NCBI RefSeq assembly: GCF_044704955.1
Contig: NW_027254113.1
Location: 1-64,000, forward strand
Length of the DNA: 64,000 nt
Origin: Pristiophorus japonicus
Lineage: Eukaryota
Direction of reading: 5' to 3'
Position 1 is the stretch's first letter; the number at the start of each line of letters is the position of its first letter. The notes beneath the pieces are model-generated. The model was not told the DNA's origin. It saw only the letters and a program-made list of their open reading frames with translations, and did no database searches. The position numbers and the translations under genes were made by a program. Positions 25,871-37,451 of the stretch are shown piece after piece.

Positions 25871-26616
25871 TTTGGTGCATCAGAGGCCTGCTCTTTAATA
25901 TAACCTGGCACGTGAAAGACCATAATATTAGAGGAGACCGCCTGGTCGCTGTGCAGTCATTCCGCCTCTGGTGCATGATGCAACAAGACAGGGGAAAATG
26001 TGCCTTCACTCTGATGGGACACTAGGTGGCGCAGTGGCTCCTTAACCGAAGGGACTTGGATTCAAACACAAACAGGATAGGACGCGGGAAGAATAAATTT
26101 CATGGAAATAAAACAACATGTGATAGGGAAATAGAACATGTGAAGGAGCCTTGGAGTAAGGAGTTCAGCAAAGTCCAATTTATTCCATTTGCCATTGCAG
26201 TTTTATTAACAATTTCACAGAGAACAATTTACAGAGAAGGTTTTCAAAAGTTCACACAAATTGAATATAACAAATGAGCGTCACATTAATACCAGAACAC
26301 AGTCGGTCTGAGCTGCCAGCTATCTGTACAACTCTAACAGACATCAGGGAGAGAAACAGATGTTCAACACCAAGGGAAGGGAATAATTGTGAATCATGAA
26401 TGATAAAATGACTTATGTACACATGAGATATTCAAACAATTGTTTAACTCCGAGATACATTTACATTATAGCCACGGTTATCTCACACATTTCAAACAGA
26501 GAAATGAAAAAGTTGAAGGCAATTGACTCCGGGAATCACCAAGAGGACATAATTTATTTTCAAGACACAGTTAACAACCAGAGGAGAAAAATCCACAGCG
26601 GCCGAAATTCAGTCAA

Positions 26617-26625
26617 TCACTTGAC
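26617..26625 (-). pseudogene. IGHM: IgM TM2 exon (VK-stop)
   Basis: CTCTTTAACAG acceptor then GTC AAG TGA, completing the KVK cytoplasmic tail; AATAAA signals near 26180-26207. Confidence 0.85.
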
Positions 26626-26763
26626 CTGTTAAAGAGGGATAAAAGTTTGAAGCAGCGTTTTAGTGATTTGGCGCATTAATTTCAGGGTTGTTATCAATGA
26701 AACATTTAGAGATTTGTCAAACCTCTTCAATCAACTCGAACTGAGTGCATTGAATCTTCTCAC

Positions 26764-26891
26764 CTTCACCAGAGTGATGGCAGCGCTGTAAGAAATGCTC
26801 AGGAAGAACAAGATGATGAATGTGGAAGCGGTTGTCCAGATGTTGCTGCTCTCGTCCTCACACTCTTCACTCCAGATGTGGTCTGAGGAAT
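26764..26891 (-). pseudogene. IGHM: IgM TM1 exon (intact)
   Basis: AG/GT-bounded 128-bp phase-1 exon: DSSDHIWSEECEDESSNIWTTASTFIILFFLSISYSAAITLVK, with the antigen-receptor TM (CART) motif. Confidence 0.92.
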
Positions 26892-27529
26892 CTACGGGAT
26901 GTAGGGAAGGAAATATATTCAGATCGTTTGTTAATCCAAGATCTCATCTTATTATTACGTATTCTATTTTCTTTCTTTAAGGTGTTAGTTTGTTCTCTAT
27001 TTTAATGTTCAATGTATGCCCTGTGTTAAGTTAATCACGCTCACTAATCTATCTGTGTTCCTAATTCCACAGTCGTTCCTTCTTTATGATCCTTCTATAG
27101 TCGGTTTTGGAAAATATGACAGTTTTCCTTCAATGTTACAGGCTAATTGATTTTGCATCAATTCCATAGGATTTACCATTCGGGAATAGTATGATGTAAT
27201 ATCGAGGGAAATATACTGAATGATATCGATTAATTTAACAATAGCTTCAGATAGCTAATTATTCGGAGGCTGTCAAAGGGACAGGGTAAGACATCAGATG
27301 TGAGTTATAATCTGGATTAATTTGTGGTAGTCAAGGTTCTGAACATAATTAATTTGCATGAGTTTCCAACTAAGAACTTTGATTCAGTTTGTGTGCAGGA
27401 CCAGAATATAGGAATGTAAGATATTATGGTATCAGAAATGATTTATTTAATACAATCGTTGCAGACTGTCTGTTCAAAGAATTTATTTTAATTCTATGTT
27501 CGTCTGTTACCTGACGTATTTTTTGCACT

Positions 27530-28160
27530 TTAGTGTTTGTGTATGTGTGTATGACGATCTCTTCTTTTGGTGTTGTCTGTGTTTGTGTGTTGATGTGTAT
27601 TGATATGTAAGTTTGAATGTTTTAATGTGTCATTCCATATATGTATATTTATGTGTAAGTGTTTGTGATTTTTTGTAAGTTTGTGTATGTTTACATGTAA
27701 GCCTTTGTGTGTATATATGCAATTTTTTGTGGTTATGCTTAAATATGTGTGTTCTTTGTAAGTACGTTCATGTATGTGTTTTAATGTGTTTGTGTATGGA
27801 TATGTGTAAGTGTTGTGTATGTTTATGGGTAAGAATGTGTGCATTTATGTGTAACTGTGTATGTTCGCATGTAAATGTGTGTGTGTGTTATCCGTTAGTT
27901 AGTTTGTGTTGAATATGTGTTTATGCGAGTTTAAGTGTGTGTGTTTGTGTGTGTGTGTGTGTGTGTTCGTGCTTCTGTTTTATTAAAGGGTGTGTTTATT
28001 TTTGCTGTCATATTAATGGTGCTGTGGTTCTGACAATGACAGTGTGTATTATATTCTGGGTATGCGTAATATCTTGTGTCAGTGTGTCAATGTATGTGTT
28101 TATGTGTAAGTCGCTGTGTGTTTATGTGTAAGTCCGTGTTGTGTTTATGTGTAAGTGTGA
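27530..28160. repeat. TG-rich low-complexity tract
   Basis: Degenerate (TG)n/(TATG)n. Confidence 0.9.
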
Positions 28161-28299
28161 ACTTCCACAAAAACATACACTACTAACGTTTACACGCATT
28201 CTTCCTCGCTCTGTGTAAATGTGTTCAGTGTGAGACACAATGTGACATCAGCCGACGGAATACAACAACTCAATCGATGAGCATCTCTCTCTGGTGGCA

Positions 28300-29290
28300 T
28301 TGAGGGGTACAATGAGTTAACAATTGCCCTTTGCCCTCTCGCTTGTGCGGAAGTCGGATACATTGGGTTAACAATTGCAGATTCCCCTCACTATGCTGGG
28401 GTAGTGGGCGGGACAGTAAGTTAACAATTGCCCTTTCCCCTCTCTCTGGTGGGGAAGAGGGTTTACATCATCATAGGCAGTCCCTCGCAATCAAGGAAGA
28501 CTACTTCCACTCTTAGCATGATTTCTTAGGTGGCTGTTCAGTCCAATAGGGAACCACAGTCTCTGTCACAGGTGGGAAAGACCGTGGTTGCGGGAAGGGG
28601 AAGATTTTACAGGTTTGCCGCACGTTCCTTCCACTGCCTGCGCTTGATGTCTGAATGCTCTTGGTAACGAGAGACGAGGGGCTCAGCGCCCTCCCGGATG
28701 TACTTCCTCCATTTAGGGCGGTCTTTGGCCAGGGACTCTCAAGTGTCAGTGGGTATGTCGCACTTTATCAGGAGGCTTTGAGGTCGCTTGTAACGTTTCC
28801 CCTGCCCACCTTTGGCTCATTTGCCATGGACGAGTTCCGAGTAGAGCGCTTGCTTTGGGAGTCTAGTGTCTGGTGTGCAGACAATGTGGCCGGCCCAGAG
28901 CAGCTGATCAAGTGTGGTCAGTGCTTCGCTGCTGGGATGTTATCCTGGACAAGGACGCTAATGTTGGCGCGTCTGTCCTGCCAGGGAACTTGTAGAATCT
29001 TGCAGAGACGGAGTGAGGTTACAGTGGATTAACAATTGCCGTTTCCCCTCACTCTGGTGGGGCAGTGGGAAGTACAGTGGGTTCAGAATTGCCATTTCAC
29101 CACTCTTTGGTACGGCAATGGCGTTACAGTGGGTGAATAATTGCCCTTTCATCTCTCTCTGGTAGTGCAGTGGGAGGTACAGTTGGTTCAGAATTGCCCT
29201 TTCACCTCTCTGGTGGGGTAGTGGGAGGTACAGGGGTATAACAATTGCGATTTCACCTCTCTCTGGTGGGGCGATGGGAGATACAGTTCG
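28300..29290. repeat. About 50-bp minisatellite split by an RTE insertion
   Basis: TTAACAATTGCCCTTTC.CCTCTCTGGTGGGG.AGTGGGAGGTACAG units on both sides of 28466-29010. Confidence 0.75.
28466..29010 (-). mobile_element. RTE-clade LINE 3' fragment
   Basis: Minus strand encodes LCKILQVPWQDRRANISVL...GHIV...LPKQALYSEL; ends in a (ATG)n-type tail. Confidence 0.8.
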
Positions 29291-29714
29291 TGTTCGTGTG
29301 TGGACCTCATTTCAGATCCCAGAGTGTGCGATGCTGCCAAATAAAACTGGCCCCAAATCTGAAGGGATGGACAACACGAGAAACAAGGGCACCGAGATAT
29401 AAATGTACAGCATTTGTTTATCGGGAAATAGAACTATGCAGATTCTCCCAGTGGGACGAAAGTTGCTGAAATGACTTTGAGGTATCCTGTCATTAAAGAG
29501 CTTCTCTTTGTCTCCAACCTATATATGAGCTGAGAGCGCTGAATGTACCAGCTTTGGCCACAAGTCCGACAAATATTCTGCTTCAGATTAACAGCCCGCC
29601 GCTTGGCTAAAATAGGAAACAATATTAATTGAGCGGCTGTGTGTGTAACTCACGATTGGAAGAAAAGGCCTTTATTGTTTTTTATTTAAGAACTGAAAGG
29701 CAATCGAGAGATTC

Positions 29715-30097
29715 TCATTGATAAGAATTGATGTTGTCCATCAGAACAAGGGAAATATTCACAAAACTGGGTTTACCTCTGGATTTATTGACGGTTCTGT
29801 TGGTGATCTTCAAGGAGATCGCTTCATGTCCAAACACACAGGAGTAAGAGGCGCCGCTGGCCCACTCGTTGGCTGCAATGGATAGCAGGCTGTACACAAA
29901 GAATGATCTGCTGCCATTCTCCGCCATCACCTCAGTGTTCTTGTAGTTGACCGGCTTGTCCTTGACAGTCCATTTGACGAAGATCTCTCGGGGGGAGAAA
30001 CCTCTCACTAAGCAGGTGAGGCTGACCAACCTCTGAGCAGAGACTTCTTCTGCCGAGGGCAGGAGGACAGACACGGCTGCTTCCCATGGATCTTTCG
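29715..30097 (-). pseudogene. IGHM: IgM CH4 exon plus secretory tailpiece
   Basis: [17 protein letters not shown]...[14 protein letters not shown]...[20 protein letters not shown]; acceptor CTACAG; internal G|GTAAA donor (after 29777) for TM splicing; AATAAA at 29671-29676. Confidence 0.93.
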
Positions 30098-30978
30098 CTG
30101 TAGAACAGTTACAATAAAGGCCAATGAACTGGACAGTTCCAGAGAAAATGGTGGGAGTTTTAATCTAATAAAACAGGCGTGTTGAGGTTGTGAGGGTGAT
30201 TAAATTGGTAAAAATCGGAATCCCGACATCAACCCGACCACTCCTGGTTGCAATATTTTATTTGAATAATATATTTATAGGAGGCTGGAATCCTCTATTT
30301 TAACCTCTATTCGGTTTTTAACTGTAGCTGGTCCGGCTTGACATACTGTGTAAATCCCAGCAGTTACAGCTGCACCCAGGTGGTTATTGCCCTTACACCT
30401 CCCTCCTGGATCCAGGGTCCCTGCCTAACCCACCCCCCGCGATCCGAGAGCTCCTCACTCGGATTTCAATCCTCCTCTTCTCCCGGGTGGCCTGTGAGAC
30501 CACCACCACCAACTCGCCTTCTCCGTTTAAATTCGCCAATGTCCCGTAGTTACACGTCAGAGAAATATGCTCTTCGTTGACATTTAACGCTTTATTATTT
30601 CCCCTCTGGGGCCTCTCTGGTTTACCATCCCGCAGCAGAGTGAACATAATCTTTCTCTCTGAAATCTTGAAGGGTTAGACTTGAATTTACTGCACAGATC
30701 AAGGCGATTTGGCCAACCGGTCTATGCCTGTGTTTATGCTCCATACAAGCCTCAACCTGACTCAGTTCATCTAACGCTAATAACATACCCTTCTATTCCT
30801 TTATCGCTCATGGACTTATCCAGTTTCCCCTAAAATACATAACCTCAGGTCAAAGAGTGGGATTACCAAACTGAATGATCAGAGTATCCATTAAGCACTT
30901 TATGTAATGAATTGGCCCTTGAACATGCACCGGAAATATTCACAGTGTCTGACTTATTGCAACAGTCTCCCCGCTCAC

Positions 30979-31276
30979 CCTTTTCCTTGTGGATAGAATC
31001 TCTGATAGGAGTCGGCATATCCTGCTGGCTCACCACGCAGTAGAACTTATCCCCACTCAGCGAGTCTTGTGTCGAGATGTTTAAGTTGCTGATCACTATG
31101 TTGGGATCCTCACCGGGTTGGACGGCAATCTCTGATTTCAAAGCCTCCTTTTCTCTGGTCCAGGTAACGGTGAGCCCATAAGGAGCGTCAGACACGACGC
31201 AGGTTAAGGTCACCGTCGCCTCCCGTAAGTCCTGTGCCAGTGACTGTGATTTTTGAATCGCTGCATGGGACATCCA
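30979..31276 (-). pseudogene. IGHM: IgM CH3 exon, frameshifted
   Basis: [21 protein letters not shown]...[19 protein letters not shown]; a 298-bp exon between phase-1 junctions (not a multiple of 3) that lacks the LPPS motif. Confidence 0.9.
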
Positions 31277-31984
31277 CTGCAAAACAGGAATGAAAGTCAG
31301 GAAAAGCTGCATCTTCAGAATCAGGACACAATATTTAGCCTTAACTCGTTCAAGGGGGCTAAATCACTTTTGAGATAGCAACCTCTCGCTGTTGCTTTAA
31401 CACCGACGTTATTTGAAGGACAATGAATTGGCAACGATTCGGGGAGATCTGTAACATTTCCTGTGTATTTGCTGCCAGAGTCACCTGTAATTGGCTGTGA
31501 AGCAAATAACCAGCGTAAAACGGGAATACATTGTGGTGCAATTGTGTTAGGCACTGAATAGCGCTCTTCCTGAAATCCCTTGCTCCTTTATACCCATCTA
31601 TAGATCCTTGCATCCAAACGCATCTCCGCTGGTTGTAATAGTGAAGCCCAAATAGCCCGAAGGTCAAGAGGTCTACACCAGCATTACTCTCGTTCGAAAC
31701 AAGTGTCAATTTAATTTCAGGATTTATGGGACAACAGGAAACAAAGCTAAGTTTCTGGTCACTTGCTGTGATCTTTATTGCGGTGAAAATGTGCAGGAAC
31801 CAGTCACAGCCCCCGTCAGAGGAGAAGTGCAAGGTCCGGAGAATGGAGTTCCAAAGGGTCTTTTGTGGTGGGGCATCATTTTTAATGATGTGAGGTAGTT
31901 TGTTAATTTCTGTCATTACTGAACATTTATCATGTCTGGTGAGAGAGAGTCAGAGTTAAATATGACCTCAGGGCATTAATAGCA

Positions 31985-32490
31985 ACATAGGAACAGGAGG
32001 AGGCCATTCATCCCATCTATCCTCTCCCGCAATCCAGTTATATCAGGGCTGATCTACACTCAACACCATCTTCACGCCTTGGTTCTGTAACCCTTGATAA
32101 TCTTGCCTAACAAAAATCTATCAATCTCACTTTTCAACTTTTCAATTGAAACCAAGCTTCAGCAGCTTTTGGGGAGGGAAATCCAGACTTTCTGTGAAGA
32201 AATCCTTCCTGACATCACTTCTGCACGATCCAGCTCTAACTTTAAGATTCTGCTATTTGTACTGGACTTTTCCAACAAAGGAAATAATTGTTCTACATCT
32301 ACTTGATTAATTGTATTTATCTACTTGAACACCTCAATTGTATCACCTCTTAATATTCTCTACTCGTCTCCTCATCATTTTATTTTATTAGTCCCGGTAT
32401 AATTCGGGTAAACCTGAACTTTATCGCCTCCATGACCATTATATCCTTCCTGAGGTGCGGAGCCCAGAATTGGACTCAGCGCTCTGAATA
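31985..32490 (-). mobile_element. Degenerate CR1 3' fragment
   Basis: ACATAGGAACAGGAGGAGGCCATTCA tail in reverse orientation. Confidence 0.7.
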
Positions 32491-32687
32491 GGGTAGATGC
32501 CCATTCCAACAGTGGGTTCCTGGACAGTTAGCAGTAAAGGGTTCCAGACTCCGACTGCCACTCCGTATATGATCAGCCAACTCAGGATAAACCTGAGAAT
32601 AAGGGCACGTTACTCACTGCCTGAAATCAGAGCAGGGGGAAAGCTTCGTTGGCGAGTTTATTAAATCCTGAACAATGAGGAATCCTG

Positions 32688-33110
32688 AACCAGAAGATCG
32701 TGGGTTGAAGTCCCACTCCAGATACTTGATCACAAAATGTAAGCTGAGATTCCCAGTGCAGTACTGGGGGCGTGGTGCACTATCGGAGGTGCCGTCTTTC
32801 GGATCACGTGTTAAACCGAGGATCCGTCTGGCCTCAGGTGGACGTAAACGTTCCCCTGGAATTATTTCAATGAAAAGCCGAGGAGTTCTCCCTGGTGGCC
32901 TGGGAATATTTATAGCTCAAAAAACACCACTAAGCAAAATATAATCTGGTCATTATCACACTGCTGTTTGTGGGAGATTGCTGTGCACTAAATGATTGCT
33001 GCACGTTGTACATTACAACTGTGATCACATTTCACAAATTAATTCATTGGCTGGCAAGCGATTTGGTTCAGACTAAGGTAGCTGAAGGCGCTGTTTCTAG
33101 GCAAGTTTGT
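32688..33110 (+). mobile_element. SacSINE1/DeuSINE-family SINE
   Basis: tRNA-like head remnant (GTGGGTTGAAGTCCCAC), Deu core GGAGGTGCCGTCTTTCGGAT...TTAAACCGAGG...CAGGTGGACGTAAA, and 3' tail. Confidence 0.8.
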
Positions 33111-33242
33111 AATCACAATAATACACAAACTGCATGATTGGAAATTAGGAACAGTTCGGTGCTTTTTACTAATTTCAATAAAAGTCCTGACTGAGATCAA
33201 CGCTCAGAATGGTCTGTAACCTCCTGGGATTGTACCTCTTAC

Positions 33243-33560
33243 CCGGAGATCTGATGAAGTTACGGCTTTGCGTGACCCCTTCATGAGTGACCTGGCAGGT
33301 GTAGACCGAGCCGGTGAACCATTCCTCGGCGGGGACTGTCAGCCGACTGGCCGCCGAGAAGTTCCCGTTCACCTCAAATACGGGAGAGGTGACGGAGCCC
33401 GAATCTAGGAGTTGTCCACTCTCCAGCCAATTCACGGTCAGTGACTTTGGCCGGAAATCGATGATTGAACACACGGCGCTTGCATATCTGCTGCTGGTGA
33501 TTTGTTCAGTAGAACTCAGCGTGAGGAGAACAGTTGGAGGGATGATGTCGCGTTCAGGAT
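33243..33560 (-). pseudogene. IGHM: IgM CH2 exon (open frame)
   Basis: 318-bp phase-1 exon: [14 protein letters not shown]...[15 protein letters not shown]...[30 protein letters not shown]; AG acceptor and GTAAG donor. Confidence 0.93.
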
Positions 33561-33679
33561 CTTCAAGAGAAGACAAATTATTGACAATGCTTGCAAAATC
33601 AATCATTAAGAAATGCATAGTGTCCTTATATTTTAACAGGTTCTTCGCTGTCAGACTAACACTAACCTGGCATTTACAG

Positions 33680-34100
33680 AGAGCAGAACTGTGCATAGTC
33701 TTCTCAGTGTGATCTGAAGACCGGAACTGTGCATAATATTCTTAGTATGATCTGGAGACCAGAACGTTACACGGTATTCCAAGAGTGATTAGGAGACCAA
33801 AACTGTAAACAATATTCTTAGTGTGATATGGAGACCTGAACTGTGGACAGTATTCTAAATGTGATATGGAAACCATAACTGTGCATAATATTTTAAGTAT
33901 GATAGGGAGACCAGAACTATACACAGTATTTTAATTGTGATATGGGAGACCAGAACGGTGCACAGTATTATAAGTGCGATAGGGAGACCAGAACTATACA
34001 CAGTACTCTAAGTGTGATATGGAGAACAGAACTGTACACAGCATTCCAAGTGTAATATGGAGACCAGAACTGTACACAGCACTCTAAGTGTCGTCTAACC
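33680..34100. repeat. 38-bp tandem repeat x about 11, CR1-derived
   Basis: GGAGACCAGAACTGTACACAGTATTCTAAGTGTGATAT units; resembles antisense CR1 GGAGACCAAAACTGTACACAATACTCCAGGTGTG at 58496. Confidence 0.85.
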
Positions 34101-34934
34101 AAATTTCTGTCCAAGTTGAACATACCTTCTCATCTTATCACAGTTTGCCCTGTATCCCACATCACTAACCTAGCATTGTGATGGCCTAGAACGACACACC
34201 ACGTCAAACCTCGCAGTAGATTGTGCTGCTGCACACCTCTGACTCGGTGATGGTTAACCGGCTCTTTTTCGTTCTTCCAGGAAAGGCTGATGATTTTATC
34301 TTTCTTTCAGGAAAAGCTGGTGATTTTTGGTTAGTAGTCCATCGCCAAACAGCGGAAGCAGTTTCTCCCTACTCAGCGCACTGTGATCTGGGCTCTATTC
34401 CATTCTATTGAATGGACGTTTCTTGAGTTTCCTCCTTCCTCCCACTCAATAAATAATTCGAATTAAATACCATTCCAAAATCCGGTTAATTGGAAGTTTC
34501 TCCTTAAAACGGCCCATTTCAATTCCCATTGTAGTACTTGTTATATAACAATGACCTGGACTTGGTTATAGAGATTCCATCTTGAAGTCCGAAGATGAAG
34601 CAAAACATGGCTACGTAGCCAATAGTGAGCATGATAGTAACAGACTTGAAGAGGAATCAGAGAGACGAGTGAAATGGGCAGGGACATGGCAGGTGCAATT
34701 TAATGCGGATAATTGAGAAGCGGTGCACTTTGGGTGGAACATGGAGAGGCAGTATCATCTAAATAGTATTGTTTTGAGGGGATACAAAAACAAAAATATC
34801 TGGATATTGCACCCGTGTCAATATTACTAAAAATGTTCGGAAATGCTCACTGAAAGCCGAATTGTATGCGTTTGTATGTGGGGTTGGGGTTGAAGCCCAG
34901 ATTCTCAACGAGACAGAATCCAGACTCTCACAGG

Positions 34935-35016
34935 ACCAGGATAGCCGAGTGGTTGAGGCGTTGGCCTTAAAATTCAATGGGTTTTTCCCGCGTGGGTTCG
35001 TACCCAACTCCTGGTA
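34935..35016 (+). tRNA. tRNA-Leu(TAA)-like, degenerate
   Basis: ACCAGGATAGCCGAGTGGTTGAGGCGTTGGCCTTAAAATTCAATGG...GGGTTCGTACCCAACTCCTGGTA. Confidence 0.75.
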
Positions 35017-35741
35017 TCTCTTTAATTTAACACGGATTTCCTCCCATTCTGATCAGTGAGACCGGATTTTCATCGGTTGAATCAGCAAATTTCTGTAACA
35101 ATGTGACACTCTGAACCGATAATGAAATGAAATTGTGAAATGTATCTGTGTCGCTCGGTCTCTGCCTCTCTCTCTCTCTTCAGAGTGTTGTGCATATGTT
35201 TGAGTCTTTGTCTCTCTCTGTCTGTCCCTGTTTCTCTGTTTATCTCTGTCTCTCAATCTGTCTCTTTCTCACGGTGCCACGTCTGTTCCAATGGGATTCT
35301 CTCAGACTCTTTGCCTGACTGGCTCTCTCTTTCCCATCATTTCGGTCTGTCCATGTCTTTGCCTGTCTCTGTTAGTCCCTGCCTGTAAGCTGAGAAGTAT
35401 TTCCATCATTTTCTGTTTTAGTCTCTATCGCTCTCTCTCAATCTGTCTCTCTCCTTGTCACTGTCTTTATCATTGTCTTTCTCTCATTCTTTCCCTCTCT
35501 CTCTTAATAGATCACACACACACATCTCTGTATATGTATATGTTTGAGTCTTTTTCTCACTCAGTCTGCCTCTCCTTCTCAGTCTCACACTTTCTGTCTC
35601 TCGTTGTCTCTATCTCGCTGTCCGTCTCTCCCTGTTTGTCGGTTTGTCTCTGTCTCTCAATGTGTCTGTCGACTTCTCATGGTGTCCAATTCTGTTCACA
35701 CTGGCTCGATTCCTGCTCTGACAAAACTGGCACTCGACAGT

Positions 35742-35813
35742 TCCTCGTTAGTATAGTGGTGAGTAACCCCGCCTGTCACGCGAGAGACCGGCGTTCAATT
35801 CCCCGACGGAGAG
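35742..35813 (+). tRNA. tRNA-Asp(GTC), best-preserved copy but with stem mismatches
   Basis: TCCTCGTTAGTATAGTGGTGAGTAACCCCGCCTGTCACGCGAGAGACCGGCGTTCAATTCCCCGACGGAGAG, about 5 differences from canonical vertebrate tRNA-Asp; T-run downstream. Confidence 0.8.
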
Positions 35814-36007
35814 GCAGTTGTTTCAAAATATAGAATTTTACTTCTGTTTCTTGGTAGAGATTCATATTAAAAAGTTCCAGAGCAAGAAAGAACTGTAAAG
35901 GTACATGTAGAAGATAGAGCCTCTTCCAGATTTTTAGCAAACGGAGACTTTTTCACGATTCTTTGGCCGTCTGCTGCACAGAGATGGATGACTGAGTTTT
36001 TTCTGAG

Positions 36008-37012
36008 TGTTGTTTACATTGTACATTAATGATTTAGACGAAGGGATTAAATGCAGTATCTCCAAATTTGTGGATGACACTAAGTTGGGTGGCAGTGTGA
36101 GCTGCGAGGAGGATGCTATGAGGCTGCAGAGTGACTTGGATAGGTTAGGTGAGTGGGCAAATGCATGGCAGATGAAGTATAATGTGGGTAAATGTGAGGT
36201 TATCCACTTTGGTGGTAAAAACAGAGAGACAGACTATTATCTGAATGGTGACAGATTAGGAAAAGGAAGGTGCAACGAGACCTGGGTGTCATGGTACATC
36301 AGTCATTGAAGGTTAGCATGCAGGTACAGCAGGCGGTTAAGAAAGCAAATGGCATGTTGGCCTTTGTAGCGAGGGGATTTTAATACAGGGGCAGGGAGGT
36401 GTTGCTACAGTTGTACAGGGCCTTGGTGAGGCCACACCTGGAGTATTGTGTACAGTTTTGGTCTCCTAACTTGAGCAAGGACATTCTTGCTATTGAGGGA
36501 GTGCAGCGAAGATTCACCAGACTGATTCCCGGGATGGCGGGATTGACCTATCAAGAAAGACTGGATCAACTGGGCTTGTATTCACTGGAGTTCAGAAGAA
36601 TGAGAGGGGACCTCATGGAAACGTTTAAAATTCTGACGGGTTTAGACAGGTTAGATGCAGAAAGAATGTTCCAAATGTTGGGGAAGTCCAGAACCAGGGG
36701 TCACAGTCTGAGGATAAGGGGTAAGCCATTTAGGATCGAGATGAGGAGAAACTTCTTCACCCAGAGAGTGGTGAACCTGTGGAATTCTCAACCACAGAAA
36801 GTAGTTGAGGCCAATTCACTAAATATATACAAAAGGGAGTTAGATGAAGTCCTTACTACTCGGGGGATCAAGGGTTATGATGAGAATGCAGGAAGGGGGT
36901 ACTGAAGTTTCATGTTCAGCCATGAACTCATTGAATGGCGGTGCAGGCTAGAAGGGCTGAATGGCCTGCTCCTGCACCTATTTTCTTTGTTTCTATGTTT
37001 CTATGTTTCTAT
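36008..37012 (+). mobile_element. CR1 3' fragment (relatively young)
   Basis: KFVDDTKL and RPHLEYCVQFWSP motifs; (TTTCTATG)n tail. Confidence 0.92.
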
Positions 37013-37047
37013 GAATCTCTACCTTGTACTCACAAGGTTTTCACAGG

Positions 37048-37130
37048 ACTAGGGTAGCCGAGTGGTTAAGGCGTTGTCCTTAAAATTGAATGGGGCTTTT
37101 CCCGCGTGGGTTCGTGCCCTACTCCTGGTA
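37048..37130 (+). tRNA. tRNA-Leu(TAA)-like pseudogene
   Basis: ACTAGGGTAGCCGAGTGGTTAAGGCGTTGTCCTTAAAATTGAATGG...CTCCTGGTA. Confidence 0.7.
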
Positions 37131-37371
37131 TCTCTTCAATTTGACACGGATTTCCTCCCATTCTGATCAATAAAACCGAATTTTCATCGGTTGAATCAGC
37201 AATTTTCTGTAACAATGTGACACTCTGAACCGATAATAAAATTAAATTATGAAATGCATTTGTGTCGCTCGGTCTCTGCCTCTCTCTCTTCAGAGAACTG
37301 TGCATGCGTTGGGATGTTTGAGTCTTTGTCTCTCTCAGTCTGACTCACTCTGTCTGTCCATGAAAGACACA

Positions 37372-37451
37372 GTACTCGTGGCCGAGTGGTTCACGCGACG
37401 GAAGAGAAATCCATTGGGTTATCCCGCCAGGTTCGAATCCTGCCAACAACG
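37372..37451 (+). tRNA. tRNA-Ser(AGA)-like pseudogene
   Basis: GTACTCGTGGCCGAGTGGTT...AGAAATCCATTGGG...GGTTCGAATCCTGCC. Confidence 0.7.

Noticed and set aside
26617-33560. Functional CH1-less heavy-chain-only antibody, IgNAR or IgW
   Set aside because: Domains and tails match IgM; CH3 is frameshifted and no V, J or leader is linked
33680-34100. Regular short repeats resembling a CRISPR array (also 55034-55305 and 23991-24272)
   Set aside because: Head-to-tail tandem units with no unique spacers, no cas genes, and a eukaryotic context
34379-34385. Isolated CACTGTG heptamer upstream of CH2 (others at 1884 and 16464)
   Set aside because: No nonamer at 12 or 23 bp and no adjacent V, D or J coding sequence
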